The notes beneath the pieces were generated by a model, which saw nothing but the letters and a program-made list of their open reading frames with translations, ran no database searches and had not been told where the DNA came from. A stretch of DNA of 64,000 nucleotides from NCBI GenBank assembly GCA_038087875.1, contig CM075988.1:24802001-24866000 (forward strand), read 5' to 3'. Shown one piece after another: positions 59,781-64,000 of the stretch. Position 1 is the stretch's first letter. Each line of letters opens with the position of its first letter. Source of the stretch: Malacoraja senta. Its lineage: Eukaryota. Made by a program: the position numbers and the translations under genes.

Positions 59781-62089
59781 CAGTAAACAGGAAAAGCTTA
59801 GCTAAGTCTAATGTGAGCTCCTTATTAATAGAGAGAAGAGAAACTATAATGGGGAATGAGGAAGTCAAGTCACGATGAGTGTATTGTCATATACACAGGT
59901 ATGGTGAGGTGCAGATACAAGGAAACATTCTCTTGCAGCAGAATCACCGGTAGAAAACACGTCAGCTCACAGAAAGCAGTGTGAAGAAAGTTTATACAAA
60001 AACAAGACATTATTACAAAAACCTGAGTATCTGATGCGGTGAGGCAGCAGCTTTACTGCTGTGTCCCTGTGCTGCCCCTGAGGCTTTTTCAGCCCATGTC
60101 CTTCCAATCTTGTTGTCGGCATATGACTCGTATTCTAGCCTTTCTCAAAATCCAACTATATTTGATGGTCCAATGTCGCCACCCTCAAGATTCTTGAAGA
60201 TATCCCACGACAATAACTCATATTTGTGTGGTCTGGAAGCTAGTTTAACCACCACAAGAATCCAGAAACAATAAAAAGGTAGCAGCAAGTCATTGGATTT
60301 TAGATAGGTTGATGGATAAATATTGGCCAGGTGAATGGATTTCTTCATATGGAGCCATGGGACTAAAGGATAGTCCTGGATAGTTGGAAACTCAGGAAGT
60401 GACAAAAAACATGCTGGCTTTTAAAAACATTTAGAAAATATATTGCACTTTATAATTTGACATTGTCACCATCAACACTTTGCATCTAATAAAGAATAAA
60501 TATTTTGGTCAATGCTGTGGTAATTTGAACCTAATTACGTAGTTCCCACATACTGCTAAGCTGTAAATGGTCCTTTATTTGCTAGAGTTATAAATGACAG
60601 AAGTGTTTTTCCAGCTGCAATCATAGGCCACTTGTACATCCACCATGGTTTTGCAGATGAGCCTTAAGTTTGAAGTCCTTCCAAAGGGAATAGAATGAAA
60701 ATGTGTTTGGTTTTGGATGCCTTCAATACACTGAACAATAACTATGTCTGTTGAACTGCTTTTTGAAAAAAATTAGTATTTTTGTCACTGGTCTTGTACT
60801 TCAGAAGTATTGTTCACACAGACATGTTACTACATTGCAAGTTTAGTAAACATGGAGACATATTTCCACCACTAGTTGAACATCGCTTTCAAACTGCACA
60901 GAGAGAGCACTGTGAATGCATTAATATTTTATGAATGAGACACTGTAGAATCTCAAGTGGGCTTTGAAATCAAAACCTTCTGAGTTAAGTTGAGAGTGTT
61001 GCCCACTCAGCTCGAAAATGCTTAATTTAGAACTTTTTTGCCAATTTGTCAAAAAATCCCTTTGTTTGCATCTCTTACGCATGGAAGGTGGAGCTGACCT
61101 CCAGTTAGAGTTGGATAAGATAATCAGATGGGAAACACTTGGCCTCATTAACCTCAGATGGGAGAGAGCAAAATTCATCAAGGCTCTGTGTTGATTACTA
61201 TCAGGGACCTGTTTAGACAGCCTGCAGGTACTGGACGAGGGCAATGGTTCAATGGTACTTTACCTGTCACATGTACCAAGGTGCAACAATATTCATTTCT
61301 GTATACAGTTCAGTACAAGTATCACTATACATAAGCACTTAGATACATCTTAGATAAGCATTTCAGATATAGTGCAAGTGTTAGCAGTAGTGCACTGAGG
61401 CTGTATACAGTCACCAGTTTTGGCGCCATTTTCAAGTCCCTGTTTGTAAGGGCAGGGTTCTTGACCTGACCTGTTGACCTTGCGGCGTGACGGAGTCGGC
61501 CTGGCCAAGCGTAGCTCTTGGTTTCTTTCTTGATGAATATCCAGAAAATACCCACTACATTATGAACACTCAAGTGGTACATAGATCCTGACAGTTTTGG
61601 GTTGGGGGAGACTTTGGTTAATTGACAGATGTAAAGGAAAGTCAAGTTACCTTGAACTACCTTGGGACCTGGTCTCTGACTGCATCTAGAGATTCATTTT
61701 ATTTTTTTCTGTTAGTTTCTAATGAACACAGAAAATCATGAAAAAGAGTCTTGACCCAGAATATCACCTGCCCATTCCCTGCTCAGATGTTGCCTGACCC
61801 ATTGAGTTCCTCCAGCATTTTGCGTTTCACACCATATCATCCAGTGTGCCTAATTATTCAATCGAGGAAAGGTGTTATTGTCAACAAATTAGTCTCTGGA
61901 GCTGGTAGGTATGAGATATCATCAAAAACTTGATATGGAAAAAATAGCCAAGGATTTTTATTCCTGAGCAACGAAGCTCAGGCTAAATTGAAAACCCTTG
62001 ACAACGTTGAAGAGCATTCCATGTTGTGTTCCTGTTGCACGCTGTGGTCAAAGTTCAGTCAACATTGACTGCTGAGAAAGAGTGATTTC

Positions 62090-62520
62090 CTCCTCCCCTC
62101 AAAGTCCATTGAGCACCCCATTTGAAATGTGTTGGCATTGACGTAGAAGTGAGTTTGGTTCTGGTGCACCCACCACCTCTATTCTTGCTGACCCATATTG
62201 GCACCCGATTAAACCATGTTTCCATTTTAACATTTTTATTATTGTTTTTTAATCCCCCCCCCCCCATGGACATATCCTTTCCTAAACCAGTACCTCCTCT
62301 GGTCCTATAGTTCTCCTTGGATATCTGCATTCCTTCAATTCTTCTGTCCACTATGCCGTCATTTGCTAAGGTCCTAGGCACTGCGATTTTCTATTTTAAG
62401 ATAGTAATTCAAACCTTTGTCAAAGCTTTTGCCGATTTGCTGTAATATCTTTGTATGAGGCCTTGTTTTATCATTTTATTTCTAGGATATTTTACTACAT
62501 TAAGGTCGCATATAATTTGT
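62090..62520 (+). mobile_element. L2-clade LINE 3' relic (similar relics near 5320-5580, 22780-22990 and 53560-53840)
   Basis: Degenerate L.W.P...F.IL.L.F motif and tail ttttactacattaaggtcgcatataa. Confidence 0.5.
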
Positions 62521-62859
62521 TGTTAACATGGAACTGGAGTGAGGGAGCTGTAGATTGACGGGAAATCTTCTATTTTAAGCTATTGTAGAAATGGAGTTAT
62601 TATTTTCAAATGTTATCTTGCCATTAAAGAGATGAGATTAATAATAATTGAGGTTGTTCTGGTGGATATTAATACGCTGGAAGCAAACCGCTACAAACAT
62701 AGATTGCTATATTTCCTGAAAAATGCTAAATCAACGTTATTATTGTGGAGTTGTATTTTTCAGTTTTTTATTTATTGGTTAGTTTGGGCCTATGTTTTCA
62801 GTTCTTCACTGTTAAGCAAATGAGTGTATTTCTGAACAGGTCAAAATTTCAACAGACCA

Positions 62860-63312
62860 AAAGTTCAGTTCAGTTTATTGTCACGTCTACCAACGTACAG
62901 TGAAAAGATTTTGTTGCGTGCTAACCAGTGAGTGGAAAGACAATACATGATTACAATCGAGCCATTTACAGTGTATAGATACATGATAAGGGAATAATGA
63001 TTAGTGCAAGGTAAAGCCAGCTAAGGATAGTCCGAGGGTCACCAATGAGCTAGATAGTAATTTAGCACTGCTCTCAGGTTGTGGTAGGATGATTCAGTTG
63101 CCTGATAACGGCTGGGAATATACTGTCCCTGAATCTGGAAGTGTGCGTTTTCACACTTCTATTCCTTTTGCCTGATGAGAGAGGGGAGTGGAGGGAGTGG
63201 CCAGGATGAGACTCGTCCTTTATTATGGCAATGGCCTTGCTGAGGTAACGTGAGGTATAAATGGAGTGAATAGAAGGGAGGTTAGTTTGTGTGATGGTCT
63301 GCGCTGAGTCTA
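62860..63312 (-). mobile_element. Rex1-type LINE 3' fragment
   Basis: LPSIHSIYTSR...HPGHSL..PL.SGKR.RS..T.TSRFRDS.FP.VIR.LN; (gaact)n tail. Confidence 0.88.
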
Positions 63313-63522
63313 CAAGACACAAAGTGATGGAGTAACTCAGCAGGTCAGGCAGCATCCTTGGAGAACATGCAACAGGTTCTGACCAGAAACGTCAGTCTGA
63401 AGAAGGGTTCCAACCTGAAGTGTCACCTATCACTGTTCTCCACAGATGTTGCCTGACCCGCTGAGTTACTCCAGCACTTTGTGTCCTTTTTTGCAAATCA
63501 GCATCTGCAGTTCCTTGTTTCG
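63313..63522. mobile_element. Palindromic PLE-derived fold-back element
   Basis: gacacaaagtgatggagtaactcagc / gctgagttactccagcactttgtgtc arms around hammerhead remnants. Confidence 0.82.
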
Positions 63523-64000
63523 ACAAAAATGCGAGGCATTTTTTGAGCATGACTAAGTTGTTACCTATTGCAATTATGGATTAGTTCGGCCTTTATATTT
63601 TTCATGTTATTGTGGATTCCTTTTGTATTTCATCTCATTCCAGTCTACACATTTGCTCTTCACCATCACACAACTGACCAGCGCATTCCACAAATAAATA
63701 ACTGTAAAATTATTTTTTAAAACGCCACATGCGGCCGCTTAAAACAAATGAATGGAAATATAAAATTCTGACTGGTTGATATTTATTGTTTGCACGGAGT
63801 CATATCATTGGAAATAAATGAAAGTATTCCCCAGCAAGGCCTTAGGGGCCTTTGCAGTTAGCAGGAAAAATAACACTGGAGCAATCAGCGTGCCGAGCGT
63901 TTTGCTTCCAGTATATTAATCAATACCAGAGCAATCACAATTGTTATTAAAAATAAAGAATAGTTCTACTTCCAGTCCTGGAAAATCTTTTTCCTAGTTC

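Overview
Repeat-rich eukaryotic DNA from a cartilaginous fish, probably a skate or ray. This is inferred from HE1-type V-SINEs, SacSINE1/Deu-SINE-like relics and abundant CR1 LINE tails. No host protein-coding exon could be identified; the window looks intronic or intergenic, with a CpG-rich, promoter/enhancer-like block at about 41-47.7 kb. Mobile content: a 5'-truncated but uninterrupted Rex1/Babar-type LINE ORF (23.1-25.4 kb), a frameshifted IR/DR Tc1 transposon (55.5-57.3 kb), Penelope-like GIY-YIG fragments and many short derivatives with minimal hammerhead cores, two nested non-autonomous Helitrons, a fully palindromic Harbinger-type MITE and a Vingi-like LINE 3' end. The main finding is four tiny (142-200 bp) TSD-flanked retroposons from three sequence families. 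Each begins exactly at G1 of a hand-foldable HDV/CPEB3-like self-cleaving ribozyme and ends in a Vingi-type (GAA)n tail. Three of the ribozymes are 52-54 nt with almost no P4, and one shares its P3/L3 core with the mammalian CPEB3 ribozyme as I recall that sequence. All folds and family names come from reading the sequence and from recall; nothing was computed or searched, and boundaries of old repeats are approximate.
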